Below, piece by piece: positions 11,221-21,571 of a DNA stretch of 64,000 bases. The position numbers were made by a program, and so were the translations under genes. Location of the stretch: assembly GCF_000142905.1 (NCBI RefSeq), contig NW_013657659.1:269458-333457 (forward strand), given 5' to 3'. Below the pieces are notes generated by a model. The model saw only the letters and a list, made by a program, of their open reading frames with translations, was not told the DNA's origin and searched no databases. The first letter of the stretch is position 1; the number at the start of each line of letters is the position of its first letter. The DNA is from Thecamonas trahens ATCC 50062 (Eukaryota > Protista > Apusomonadida).

Positions 11221-11907
11221 TCACTTCTCGGCGCTGCTCGACGGCAGAGGGCACATGCACCACGGCGGCACCACAATGTACTTCTCCGGCGGCGCAACAG
11301 GATCAATGGTGATAAAGTTTACACGTACGATGCCGTCTCGCCGCCCAACGTCTGCGTCAGCTCGACTGACACAAGCTGGGCGCTGCTGTCAAAGCAGTAG
11401 GCAGCTATGGTCGTGCCGCTCGGCTCGACAGCCAGCCACTTGGAGCCCTCACCGTCAGCGCACGTGCCGTTGGCCACAGCGTTGACCACAAAGATCCACA
11501 GCTCAAGCCGGAGATCGCTGGCCTCGACAGTGCACATGCCGCCGCCGCACGTCGCGCCGTGGGTGCAGATGACATGGCAGTTCGCATTGACGTCCGAGTA
11601 GGATACCGTCGTCTGGAGCGACTCGACCGCCAGCACGGTTGTATCCGGCGCCACAATCGTCGGCATCGTCGAGTTGACAACATGCATGTTGAGCCATAGC
11701 ACCGACCGCAGCACGGCGCCCTTGACCCCAACCTCAAACTGGTAGGGAGGGACCAACGGTCACCTCGATGGTCGCCGTGTAGGAAATCGACGGCGGCATC
11801 GATGGCTTGGCGACCATCGAGCTAGAGGGCAATGCCACAACAGCAACAACAACCAATGCCATAGCCACAGTCATAGCCATGACCGTAGTCGTGCCCCTCG
11901 GCATCAT
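11221..11907 (-). CDS. Secreted Cys-patterned protein (paralog B of 7132-7812); two apparent frameshifts (~11750, ~11335)
   Basis: Reconstructed as signal peptide MMPRGTTTVMAMTVAMALVVVAVVALP, then CHVICTHGATCGGGMC, NGTC, YCF and C-terminal VNFITIDPVAPPEKYIVVPPWCMCP, stop at 11221-11223. Confidence 0.65.
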
Positions 11908-12280
11908 CGCAGCACAACCATGTCCGCCTGATGGACCCCCCTACCACGCCACCGCCACGCCACCGCCATGTCGGAGCCAGTCAGCCATCCACACCATACG
12001 ACCCATGACCAGGAGCTATGGGTAATTTGCACTCGCAGATCCCCCCCCCTCTCCTCCCCTGCCCCCCTCCTTCCTCCCATCGCTGTCGCACAAGCCAATC
12101 ACACGAAGCGTGCAGAGCCATGTGGCATGGCTTTGGCGGTGGTGGTGGTATGTTTCATCGTCGTTTTGGCGCGAAACGGCGTGTCACGACTGACACCCAC
12201 CGGTCACGAGGGCGCCGGCACAGGCGCGGTGAGCGCAACAGGCACACACCTCGCTCTGTTTCGCAAGCAAGCACAAAGGG

Positions 12281-13513
12281 ATGGTGTCGACACGCTCACG
12301 CTCACAGCCGCGGTCGGAGAACAAGGCTGACGAGTCGCCGCGCTCGCGGGGCTCTTCGCCGCGCTCACGGGGCTCTTCGCCGCGCACCTCGTCGCGCGCC
12401 AAAACGGCGGCCAAGTCGTCGGCCAAGGGCAAGAAGACGTCGGCGACCAAGAGCAAGAAGGCATCGGCCAAGACCAAGTCGTCGGCCAAGACCAAGTCGT
12501 CGGCCAAGACCAAGTCGTCGGCCAAGACCAAGTCGTCGGCCAAGACCAAGTCGTCGGCCAAGACCAAGACGCCGGTCAAGGCGCTGGCGCAATCGGCGGC
12601 GGCGCAATCGGCGGCGCCGGGCGATGCACCGGCTGTCCGTGCCGCGCCAAACTCGTCGCCGCTTTACCAGGGCGTCGTTTGAGTTTTGGCTCTTCTTTGT
12701 CATGATCCTGGAGAACTGGATCCTCGAGAACTGGATCCTCGACTTTGGCCGGCCGGTCGGCAACTTTTACTTCCGTTTTCTCGGCTCGAACAGCCCGGGC
12801 GTGGGCGACTACTTCCACATGGCGTACAACGTGCTCACGCCGTTTCTGCTCCTGCTGCTGATGGACAAGGCGCGCAACTCGCGCGTCCCATCGTGGGTCA
12901 AGTACCTCATTGTCATCATCTTTACTCTCGGCGCCTCCATGCACCTTGTCGGCGACTCGATCCAGTCCAAGCTTGTGCAGAACTGCTCGTACGATCTCTC
13001 GGTGAGCGTGCGCGAGAACAAGGTCATGCGCGAACTCGGAAACGACGCCATCGTCGACATCTTTGAGCTCCTCTACTCGTACGACGAGCACATCGGCCAC
13101 GACCTGTGGTACCTCGCCTACTTTGGCGCCTTCCTCGTCACTTTTTTGCCGCCTCGGCCCCGCGCGACTCGGCCTCGGCCTCGGCCTCGCTCCCGCTCTC
13201 GGCCTGGGCCCTTCTTCCCTTTGGCTCGCTCTTCTACTGGTACCTCATCGTCGAGGGCCAGGTCTGGCCGCTCTTCATCGTCACCTACTCCATCATGCTC
13301 GTCATCATGTGGCGCCTCGCCGCCCGCGGCGACGGCCTCGATGTCAACGGCCGTTTCCTCTTCTACAACTTTACCGTCACCGCCATCCTCTTTGTCGCTT
13401 GGCTAGTCTACACCGACACCTCGTTCTCGTCTGTCTGGAACATCGCTCTTGACGAGGTCCCCGAGTACTGGGAGACCTTCCCCAACCAGTACGCCCTCCT
13501 TGTTGGCGCGTAA
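12281..13513 (+). CDS. CLN6: CLN6-like ER membrane protein with Lys/Ser-rich N-terminal repeat; two apparent frameshifts (~12660, ~13145)
   Basis: [72 protein letters not shown] and LFYWYLIVEGQV closely match conserved blocks of human CLN6 as I recall them ([53 protein letters not shown]). Confidence 0.85.
12464..12570 (+). repeat. 18-bp coding tandem repeat TCGGCCAAGACCAAGTCG (SAKTKS), about 6 copies
   Basis: Directly visible in the N-terminus of the CLN6-like gene. Confidence 0.9.
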
Positions 13514-13602
13514 ATACGTCTTGTAACTGCTCCGATCGCACAACTGCCGACTCTATGGCCGTCATCGCCATCATCGTCATTGTCGTCACTATCAAGCCAA
13601 GT

Positions 13603-14328
13603 TTACTGCGGCTGCGGAGCGTTGACCGCCTCAGCCTTGAACTCGGGAGCGGACCAGCACGCCTCAAAGGCGTTGACCTGGGCCCGGCACTCGTTGTACG
13701 CCAGCGAGTTGGCATCAAGGCACTTGGTCAGCGCCGCGTATGTCTCGTTGCACTGCGCCTCCACCGCGCCGAGTCTATCCCCCTCACCGATCCGCCCGGA
13801 CCCGCCAGCAGCCAGGAGCCAGGAGCCAGCAGCCAGCAGCCAGGAGCCAGCAACCAGCAGCAACCACCCAGTCCAGCCACCGCCACCACCGCCACCACAC
13901 ACTCACAGTGAGTCCCTATTCCTCTGGTACCCCCCCCCCCCCCCCCCCCCCCTCCGGCACCCCGTGCCCGCCACCCCCACCGCCAACCAGCCCAAAAATG
14001 GCCCTGGGTGGCCGGGTGGCATCCCGCCAGCTGCAGCCACCGCCACCACCGCCACCGGGCAAGCCCCGCACTGGCGCCCTCCCCCCTCCCCCCTTCCCCC
14101 TTCCCCCCTCCTCGCCCCCTCCTCGCTTCCTGCCCCCTCATTCGCCGTGGCATACACTTGTGCGGCGCACTCGGTCACGGCCCGGCCCTCCCGCAGGCAC
14201 GCCTCCGGGTTGGCCGACGACGCCTTGCACAGAAGGAAGGCATCGTTGGGCGCAGCGCAGTGCGCGTCGAGGCAGAAGGCAGCAGCCATCAGGCCCGCAT
14301 GCGGCACGTTAATCTCAGACGAAGCCAT
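13603..14328 (-). CDS. NDUFA8: Complex I subunit NDUFA8 (twin CX9C); exons 14328-14156 and 13774-13603
   Basis: LMAAAFCLDAHCAAPNDAFLLCKASSANPEACLREGRAVTECA joins LGAVEAQCNETYAALTKCLDANSLAYNECRAQVNAFEAC in frame across a GTATGC...TAG intron (14155-13775). Confidence 0.88.
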
Positions 14329-14538
14329 TCTTGTCCTAGCCCGACAACGAGAGTGGTGTGTCGTCGCAGTCGTAGCTCTGTTGCCGCGTGACTCCAGCTC
14401 CCGCTGGCGAGCGGCCGTCGGTCGGCCCGACGCCCGCGGACCATCACATCGCCCGCCCACCCGCCCGTCACTGCCTGTCTTAGTCATTGCCATTTATCTC
14501 TCGTGCCGCCGCATCCCGCCACATCCCGCCACATCCGT

Positions 14539-17520
14539 CTACGACAGTGTCTGGACGAGGGCAAACTGGCCAAAGTAGGTGTTGACGAGGATGTAGACTG
14601 CGTTGGGGTTGGCCACTGACGCCACCACGCCATCAAACGAGTGCGGAAAGGCAGTAACAGAGCCGTGGACGCCGGCATCGAACGGCCAGATGGTGGCGAG
14701 CGCCGTGGTGCCAGTTGCCAGGTCACCGGCCGCAAAGGCGACGTTGAACGAGTCAATCTGCCACACCGCATTGGCCGAGACGACCGGGTAAGCCGTTGAC
14801 GCACTGTCGATTGACGAGCCATGGACAATGTACGGGAACTGCCACTTCCACGCCACCTTGCCGAGGCCCACACCGTTGTGCCCGAGCTCGCGCCGCCCGA
14901 CAACGCCGTTGGAAAACGTCCCATACGTGATCAGAAGCTGTTCGTCGGTCGTCGGCACGTGCGCAAGCACGATCTCACCGGTGCGAGCCGAGCCGACCGT
15001 GTACCGCAGCGCGCCCGAAAAGCAGGTTGTCCCGAGGCAGGCCATGTCGTCAAACGCGATGAACGCCGGCGAGAGGAGGCCGCCAGGTGACTGCGCCGGA
15101 ATCATCGACGAGCCGTGTCGGAAGGTGTACACCTGCGCCCCAGATGCCGAGTCGTAGATCCGAATGGTGCCAAAGCCGGCGCACGAGGTTGAGGTGTAGA
15201 GAAAGCCACGCGAGTCGACGGCGATGTTTGTCGAGCCCCTCGTGGGACAATCGACGTTGGTGTGCATAAAGTTGGTGACAAACGAGTTCACAACCGCAGA
15301 GGACTTGATGTCAAACACCGTCGCGTTGTTCCCAATGTACACCACGTACGTAGACGTGGCCTCGTTGAAGCCGGCGGTGATGACGTCAGTCGACCCGATA
15401 ACCACACCGTTGGGGTTGGCGTCAAAGGCGTTGACAATCTTGAGCGTCGTCAGATCGACCACAGCCGCTTCGATCCCAGACTCGGAGCCGATCTTTCGCA
15501 GGACAACCGCCTTGGAGTATGCGTACTGCGACGAATACGAGACCGCGACGACCGAGTTGAGCTCGATGCGCCCGGCCGCCACAACGGCGTCACCGTCGAC
15601 GGCCCACGCCGAGTACACCTGGGTTCCGTTCTGCCACAGCTTGGTAGTGACAAACACGTCGCCGCCGTGGGCGCCCGCCACCACAAAGTCTGGCACCGGG
15701 ACCTGGCCGTAGATGTTGGGCGAGACCGACCAAGGAAGGAACCGCGGATGAGGGCCGAGAAAGTGGGTGACCGGCAGCTCGTACGCGATGACCGAAAAGG
15801 CGCAGAACGCCGCTGAGGTTTGGCAGGTGACGTTGATGGTGGCTAGGCCGGCGTCGACAAAGACAGTCGAAAAGTTGTTGGGCGTGAGGCCTGATGACGG
15901 AAACGGCAGACTGGCGCGCTGCGAGCCGAGCTCGATGCTGGCGGCCATAGCCGTCGCCTCCTCGGTGCCTGTCACCACAAACTGGAGCGTGGAAAACCTC
16001 GTGGAGACCTCAAAAGTAAACTGCGCAACGAGGCCCTTGAAGCGCGCCGGCGCCGTGACGTTGAGCTCGAGTCGCGTTGCGTTGGCAAGTGACACCGGCG
16101 CCGTAGCTTCCACGCGCGGGACTGTGGTAGCAGCCGCAAGAGCCGCCTGCGACTTGAGTGATGTCTCAGGCGTGACGCGAAGGATCTGGACGGTGTCCCA
16201 GTACTGCTGGTACGGCGTGTTGACAACAAGGTAGCTGCCGTCGCTCAGCGAGTGCGCCGTCATTTCGCCGGTGGGCACCCGGACACCGGTCACATTGAGC
16301 TCGGTCATGCTCGACACTGAGCCGCTGTTGTCGATCGACGCCGAGGTGAGGACGCCCGGACACTTGCCGATGTTGCGGAACGGGCAGCCAGCCGAGCCTT
16401 GCTGAGTCAGGTCGAGTTCGATGTACTGTGAGAGCGTCGGCTGCGCCAGGGCGGTGCTGAACGATGTCGGGAACAGCGGCAGCGTCATCGAGCTGGAAAG
16501 CGCGTAGTCGTTGGTGGCGTCAAGGATGAGGAGGCAGATACCAACAGCGCCGCTGTGGCTATCATAGTACGCAAGGCGCAGGCCGTAGTATGTGTCCGAG
16601 ACCGGGCCGGCGCCTGAGACATCGACAGACGTGGCATGCGCGGCGCCAGGGCAGCTCTCGAGCGCGATTGGGTGTGCGACCGGGTAGCACTCGGGCTTGG
16701 GCGGCCACTGGGTGCATGCCGCGACTCGGACGGTGACGAGACTAGACGTTGTGAAGTTGCCTAGACGGGCGTCGGCAAGCTTGGCATTGTTGCTCCACGG
16801 CAAGCTAAAGACAAGGTCACCCGAGAGAGCTGGCGCAGCGGTCTCGCAAACATCTGTGTTGGGCATCATGTACGCCATAAAGTACGACTCGTCGACCGGC
16901 GGCTCATCGGGCGCATACACGACTCGGTACTCAAAGTACGGACTTGACGACTCAAACGAGGTCGACTGGATGCCATCAAAGTAGACCTTGCGGGCGAGCG
17001 GATCTGCAATCGGCAGCCAAATACCGCCCGAGGCCTCATGGGCGTCGACAACCACGATCGAGCCATGAGCGAGGGCATCGGCGTCAATGACGACAATGAC
17101 GCTCTCAAAGCCGAGCACCCATAGAGCGCCGTCGAGGCCGTCGTTGCCGCGGCGATCATGCGCCGGGCGGCGCGGGAGGAACGAGGCCGAGGAGATGACA
17201 GTGACATGCGAGTATGACGCGCCAGACGAGCCGTCGGCCATGCCGGAAGCCTCGACGATGTCCGCGCAGGTGACATTGGCAGCCGAGGCAAAGCGTCCCG
17301 AGGAGGTAGAAGCCACAAAGACCGAGATGCCTGCCGCCGACGCGACATGGACGGTGGACTCGTCCACCACTGCCGAGGCGAGGATTTTCGAGCCAACGAG
17401 CGGGAGCGTATCCGACGTGGTGATGGCTGGCGAGACGGCCGCAGCGGCGGCTGCCACCACCATAAGCAGGACGAGACGGGCGAGCAGAGTAGCAGAGACT
17501 AGCGGCACGATGCGCAACAT
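14539..17520 (-). CDS. Large secreted, beta-rich hypothetical protein (~990 aa)
   Basis: Long uninterrupted ORF with a hydrophobic signal-like N-terminus (MLRIVPLVSATLLARLVLLMVVAAAAAA) and several N-glycosylation sequons; no family recognised. Confidence 0.7.
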   Translation of the reverse strand: MLRIVPLVSATLLARLVLLMVVAAAAAAVSPAITTSDTLPLVGSKILASAVVDESTVHVASAAGISVFVASTSSGRFASAANVTCADIVEASGMADGSSGASYSHVTVISSASFLPRRPAHDRRGNDGLDGALWVLGFESVIVVIDADALAHGSIVVVDAHEASGGIWLPIADPLARKVYFDGIQSTSFESSSPYFEYRVVYAPDEPPVDESYFMAYMMPNTDVCETAAPALSGDLVFSLPWSNNAKLADARLGNFTTSSLVTVRVAACTQWPPKPECYPVAHPIALESCPGAAHATSVDVSGAGPVSDTYYGLRLAYYDSHSGAVGICLLILDATNDYALSSSMTLPLFPTSFSTALAQPTLSQYIELDLTQQGSAGCPFRNIGKCPGVLTSASIDNSGSVSSMTELNVTGVRVPTGEMTAHSLSDGSYLVVNTPYQQYWDTVQILRVTPETSLKSQAALAAATTVPRVEATAPVSLANATRLELNVTAPARFKGLVAQFTFEVSTRFSTLQFVVTGTEEATAMAASIELGSQRASLPFPSSGLTPNNFSTVFVDAGLATINVTCQTSAAFCAFSVIAYELPVTHFLGPHPRFLPWSVSPNIYGQVPVPDFVVAGAHGGDVFVTTKLWQNGTQVYSAWAVDGDAVVAAGRIELNSVVAVSYSSQYAYSKAVVLRKIGSESGIEAAVVDLTTLKIVNAFDANPNGVVIGSTDVITAGFNEATSTYVVYIGNNATVFDIKSSAVVNSFVTNFMHTNVDCPTRGSTNIAVDSRGFLYTSTSCAGFGTIRIYDSASGAQVYTFRHGSSMIPAQSPGGLLSPAFIAFDDMACLGTTCFSGALRYTVGSARTGEIVLAHVPTTDEQLLITYGTFSNGVVGRRELGHNGVGLGKVAWKWQFPYIVHGSSIDSASTAYPVVSANAVWQIDSFNVAFAAGDLATGTTALATIWPFDAGVHGSVTAFPHSFDGVVASVANPNAVYILVNTYFGQFALVQTLS

Positions 17521-17790
17521 GCTTCTATGTCGGGAGAGAGTGAGGTGTGCTGCCAGCTGCTGGCGTGTGCCGCACGTGACCGACTTTGATTGCATTGCGG
17601 TCGCACATGCCTGTCAAGCGTGCGTTGCGGGGGTTTGCCGGCGAGCTTGCGTGCCCCCGCTCGCCACCATCGCCGTCATCATGATCCTGATCATCGCCTC
17701 TCATCGTCTGGTGTGTGCTTGACTGTGTACGGGTGTGAGTTTGTGAGGGAACATGCCGTGGCCGAGGATCGCCGAGACAACACGGGGCCT

Positions 17791-19017
17791 CTATCCTACC
17801 CAGTCTACAGGAAGCAGGCGGCGAGGTTGATCGACGAGGCAGGCGGCGCTGTCCTGGGAGTTGACCAGGATGACTTGCGCTGGGGAATGCACGATGCGGT
17901 CGAAGGTGTCGATATCGATGGTGGAAGCACTGGGGTCAGGTGCATCACTGGCAACATCGAGCGGCAGGTATGTGTAGCAGGCGTCCAAGCCATAGAGGTT
18001 CGAGTTGGACCCACCGTGAAGATCCAAGCCGAAGCTGGGCATGGCGTTGGTGTTGTCCTGTACCTCGAGTGCGAAAGAATCAGCACCATCATCGCTCTGG
18101 TCCATGTGAGCCACCGAGCCATCGGCGTCGTTTGTGAACAAGTTACAGCCATCGCCCTCGCTCTCGCCCGAGTAGGTGTCGTCCGTCTCGCCCAAGGGCC
18201 AGGAGAAGTCCGAGCCACTGGTGTTGCCAGCTGCGTCGTCATCGTGGCTGCTGGCGCTGCCGTCGCTGCCGTCGCTGCCGTGGCTGCCGTCGCTGCCGTC
18301 GCTGCTCGCGCTGCCGTCGCTGCCGTCGCTGCCGTCGCTGCCGTCGCTGCCGTCGCTGCTCGCGCTGCCGTCGCTGCTCGCGCTGCCGTCGCTGCTCGCG
18401 CTGCCGTCGCTGCCGCCGCTACCGTCCAGGTGGGAAGCAAACGGGGCAAAGAAGGCCTTGATCTTGTTGGTGTCAGCGTTGAGAGTGTGGATCGTGGCAA
18501 AGTCGAAAGCCTCGATCTGCTCGGGCGTGCAGCGTCGCTTGCGCGCGAGGCGGTTCGACCGCTGCGTGGTCCAGCGATGGACTCGCTCACAAAAGATCGA
18601 CACAAAGGTAGGGCCATGAACAACGCCGGCATCAGCAAACCGAGTACACTCAGCCACCTGCTTCGAGTTGAGCTTGCCCGGGCGTGGACGGCAGGCGACG
18701 TTGAGGACCGCCAGGACGAGGGCGTCGTCGACAAGAGCCGCAGCAGAGTTGGCCATGTGTCGCGAAATGATCTTGTGCTCTGCGTTGTAGTCCAGCATGT
18801 CCCGCAAGACAGAGGCAACGCCGTGTGGTGCAATGTTGTCCTCGTTGTTAGAGTAGTCGCGGACAAGTCTCAGCAACCTGGCCCTGGCATCGGTCCACAC
18901 GGCACTGTCGCTGGCGATGGGAAGGATGCACTTGGAGAATGCACGCAGCGGCTGCTTGCTCCCCTTCTTCTGCCCAGTGTCTGCCTCGAGAGGGTTAACG
19001 TTGGGCTGTGCGGCCAT
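17791..19017 (-). CDS. Hypothetical protein with helical N-terminal domain and acidic Ser/Asp/Gly-rich C-terminus
   Basis: ORF from MAAQPNV containing an (SDG)n repeat; no family recognised. Confidence 0.55.
   Translation of the reverse strand: MAAQPNVNPLEADTGQKKGSKQPLRAFSKCILPIASDSAVWTDARARLLRLVRDYSNNEDNIAPHGVASVLRDMLDYNAEHKIISRHMANSAAALVDDALVLAVLNVACRPRPGKLNSKQVAECTRFADAGVVHGPTFVSIFCERVHRWTTQRSNRLARKRRCTPEQIEAFDFATIHTLNADTNKIKAFFAPFASHLDGSGGSDGSASSDGSASSDGSASSDGSDGSDGSDGSDGSASSDGSDGSHGSDGSDGSASSHDDDAAGNTSGSDFSWPLGETDDTYSGESEGDGCNLFTNDADGSVAHMDQSDDGADSFALEVQDNTNAMPSFGLDLHGGSNSNLYGLDACYTYLPLDVASDAPDPSASTIDIDTFDRIVHSPAQVILVNSQDSAACLVDQPRRLLPVDWVG
18250..18420. repeat. 9-bp tandem repeat GCCGTCGCT and variants (SDG/SAS on the minus strand)
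   Basis: Directly visible. Confidence 0.9.
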
Positions 19018-19407
19018 TTCGAGTGAGCTATGCGCAGGTGGAGCGCGAAGCGGGGACCATCGCTGCGGAAGAACGTGATTCTCCCGTCTGTGTGCCCCCT
19101 CCGGGTCGCACACGAACGTCACAGTCTGGTCAGGTGGCGTCACACTCAGGGCTATGGCCGCTAGGGCGCCTGTCATCCTTCGCCGACGACCGTCTCCTCC
19201 ACCCTCAACACCTTTACCCTTCACCCTCTTCAACCGTCCTTGCTCTCCTTCGCACAGAGTCCATCCACCTGTTTGCGGTCCGCGTGCAGCGCGTCGCGCA
19301 CCGCGCGCACTGTAGATTCGTCGGCCCCTCACTCGTCGCAGGTTTTCGCCAGTTTCGGCCCGCGACAAAATTTGAGTTTTTGGCTCGACACCCGTCTGCG
19401 CGCCATC

Positions 19408-21407
19408 ATGGCCGAGTTCGCCTCACCACCGTCGGTCCTCTCGCCGGCGCTACGGCGATTCCGCTCGGGTTCCACTGTCTCCAACCTGCCCCAGATAGAG
19501 AGCCCAACTATGCCCAGGACACCGCCTCGACGGAGACTGCCACACGCTGCGGAGCCGCTCCCTTCGCCAGCTTCGCGTGCTGCGTCCCGCCGCTCACCGT
19601 GCGCCGCCTGCGCGGGCCTGTATGCGGATGCAGCGGGCGACGAGAACAGCGCACACACCTCGCTTGCCAAATGCTCGCATCGTGTGTGCATACAGTGTCT
19701 GGGGACGGCGGTGCTTTCGGCGCTGGCGCTCGGCAAGGCGCCGGGATGCCCGTCCCGGGGCTGCAGCGCCGAGCTGCTCCCGGCCGACGTCCTACCGCAC
19801 ATGGCCGCCTTGGAGGCGACCGACGCGTATGCCGACGCTACTGAGCTCGACTCCTCGCTTCCTGGTGCGCTAGCAGACTACGAGCGGAAGCTTTTGCTCG
19901 CTACGTCATCGCTGGTGGTCTGCCCCAACGAGGCCTGTGGCTACGTGTTTGAGCAGCATATGACGACGCCGTCAAAGGCGAGCGTGGTTCCGCCGACGCC
20001 GGCGCGGGCCCGCGACGACAACGGTGTGCCGCTCACGCCGCGCGCACACGCCCACCACCGGGACTACCGCTTCCGCTGTCGCCGGTGCGCTACCATCTTC
20101 TGCGCCGGCTGCAACGCCATACCGTACCACACAGGCATGGATTGCGCTTCGGCGGCAGCAACGGCAGCGTGCGGCGCCTGTCGGTACTGTGCCAAGCCTT
20201 TGAGCCCCGAGACTACTGCCGAGAACCCGACTGATGCACCCGCGCTTGACAAAGTATGCGTCGATGAGGCGTGCCTTGCCAAGCGGGCGATTGCGTGCCG
20301 GGTGACCCACGTGTGCGGCCACGCGTGTGGCGGTGTCAAACGCGAGAAGCGTTGCCTGCCATGCCTGGAGCCCGAATGTGCTCCTGCCGATGCCCAGATC
20401 ACTGCTGACGACTACTGTTCGATATGCTGGGTCGACGACATCCGGTCTGCGCCATCGATCGAGCTCGCGTGCGGGCACGTCTTCCACTACTCGTGCGTGA
20501 CGGCGCGACTCGACGCCCGCTGGCCCGACGCCCACATCTCATTTGCTTTTCTCGACTGCCCGCTTTGTAACGCGCCGATCGCGCACAAGGTACTCGCCAA
20601 GCGGCTCCGCCCGCTGCAGCGGCTGCAGGGCGAGGTACTCGCCCTCGCTCGGCACGCACTCCACACCGAGATGCTAGCCGGTAACTCAGAGGTGGCGTTC
20701 ATATCGGACGCCGCCATTGCGGCGTACGCCTCGTCGCAGCGGTACTATCTCTGCTCCAAGTGTGATCACCCGTACCACGGCGGCGCGGCAGCGTGCGAAG
20801 CCGCCGGCGACGCCCACCCCCCAATCCTGACGCCTTCGTTTGCTCGCACTGTGCGCACACCGACGGGCTCATCACTCGCTGCGCCACACACGGAACGCGA
20901 TATATTCAGCACAAGTGCCGGTTCTGCTGCAACCTCGCAACATGGCTCTGCTGGGGCACCACCCACTTTTGCGATGCCTGCCACGACATTGCGCCGATTA
21001 TTGCTCGCAAGCCGTTCCACGAGCTCTCGCCATGCACATGCTCGCGTGTCCACCCACCCAACGGCATTGAGTTCTCGTACGGCTGCTCCATGTGCTGCGC
21101 CCTTGAGGAGGCTCCGCCGGTCCGCAAGTCAGATCGCGCCGAGGCCAAGGCTGCGCGGAAGGCGGCCAAGGCTCAGGCCAAGGCTGCGCGCAAGGCGGCA
21201 AAAGCCCAGGCCAAAGCTGCGCGCAAGGCGGCCAAGGCTCGCTCCAAGGCCGAAAAGGCAGCTGCCAAGGTCGCCTCTCGCGCACTTGCCGCGGCCCATG
21301 CCGTCCATCGCGCCCGCGCTCGCGGCCGCCCCGACGCTCGCGGCAAACTCGTCGATCAGCCCCAGCCGCCACAGCGCGCCCGTGCGCTCCACGAGCTCAA
21401 CCGCTGA
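19408..21407 (+). CDS. E3 ubiquitin ligase: RING/IBR-like N-terminus plus MYCBP2/PHR-type RING-Cys-relay (RCR) module; frameshift ~20820
   Basis: CGHACGGVKREKRCLPCL, ADDYCSICW...APSIELACGHVFHYSC...RW...ISFAFLDCPLC, YYLCSKCDHPYHGG, CATHG...KCRFCC, CWGTTHFCDACH and HPPNGIEFSYGCSMC match the MYCBP2 C-terminus. An IBR-like CPNEACG...CRRCATIFCAGCNAIPYHTGMDC lies upstream. Confidence 0.85.
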
Positions 21408-21571
21408 CCACATGCTGCTCGAATCTGACCACAGTCGGCGACCTCTCACAATGAAATCCAAACTGTACTCACCACCGGGTGGCCGAGCTGCCGCCATCGA
21501 GTCGACAGCCCCTCCCTCCCCCCCCCCCCCCCCCTCACGCACACCTCACCCCACGCGCATCCCTCACCCCC

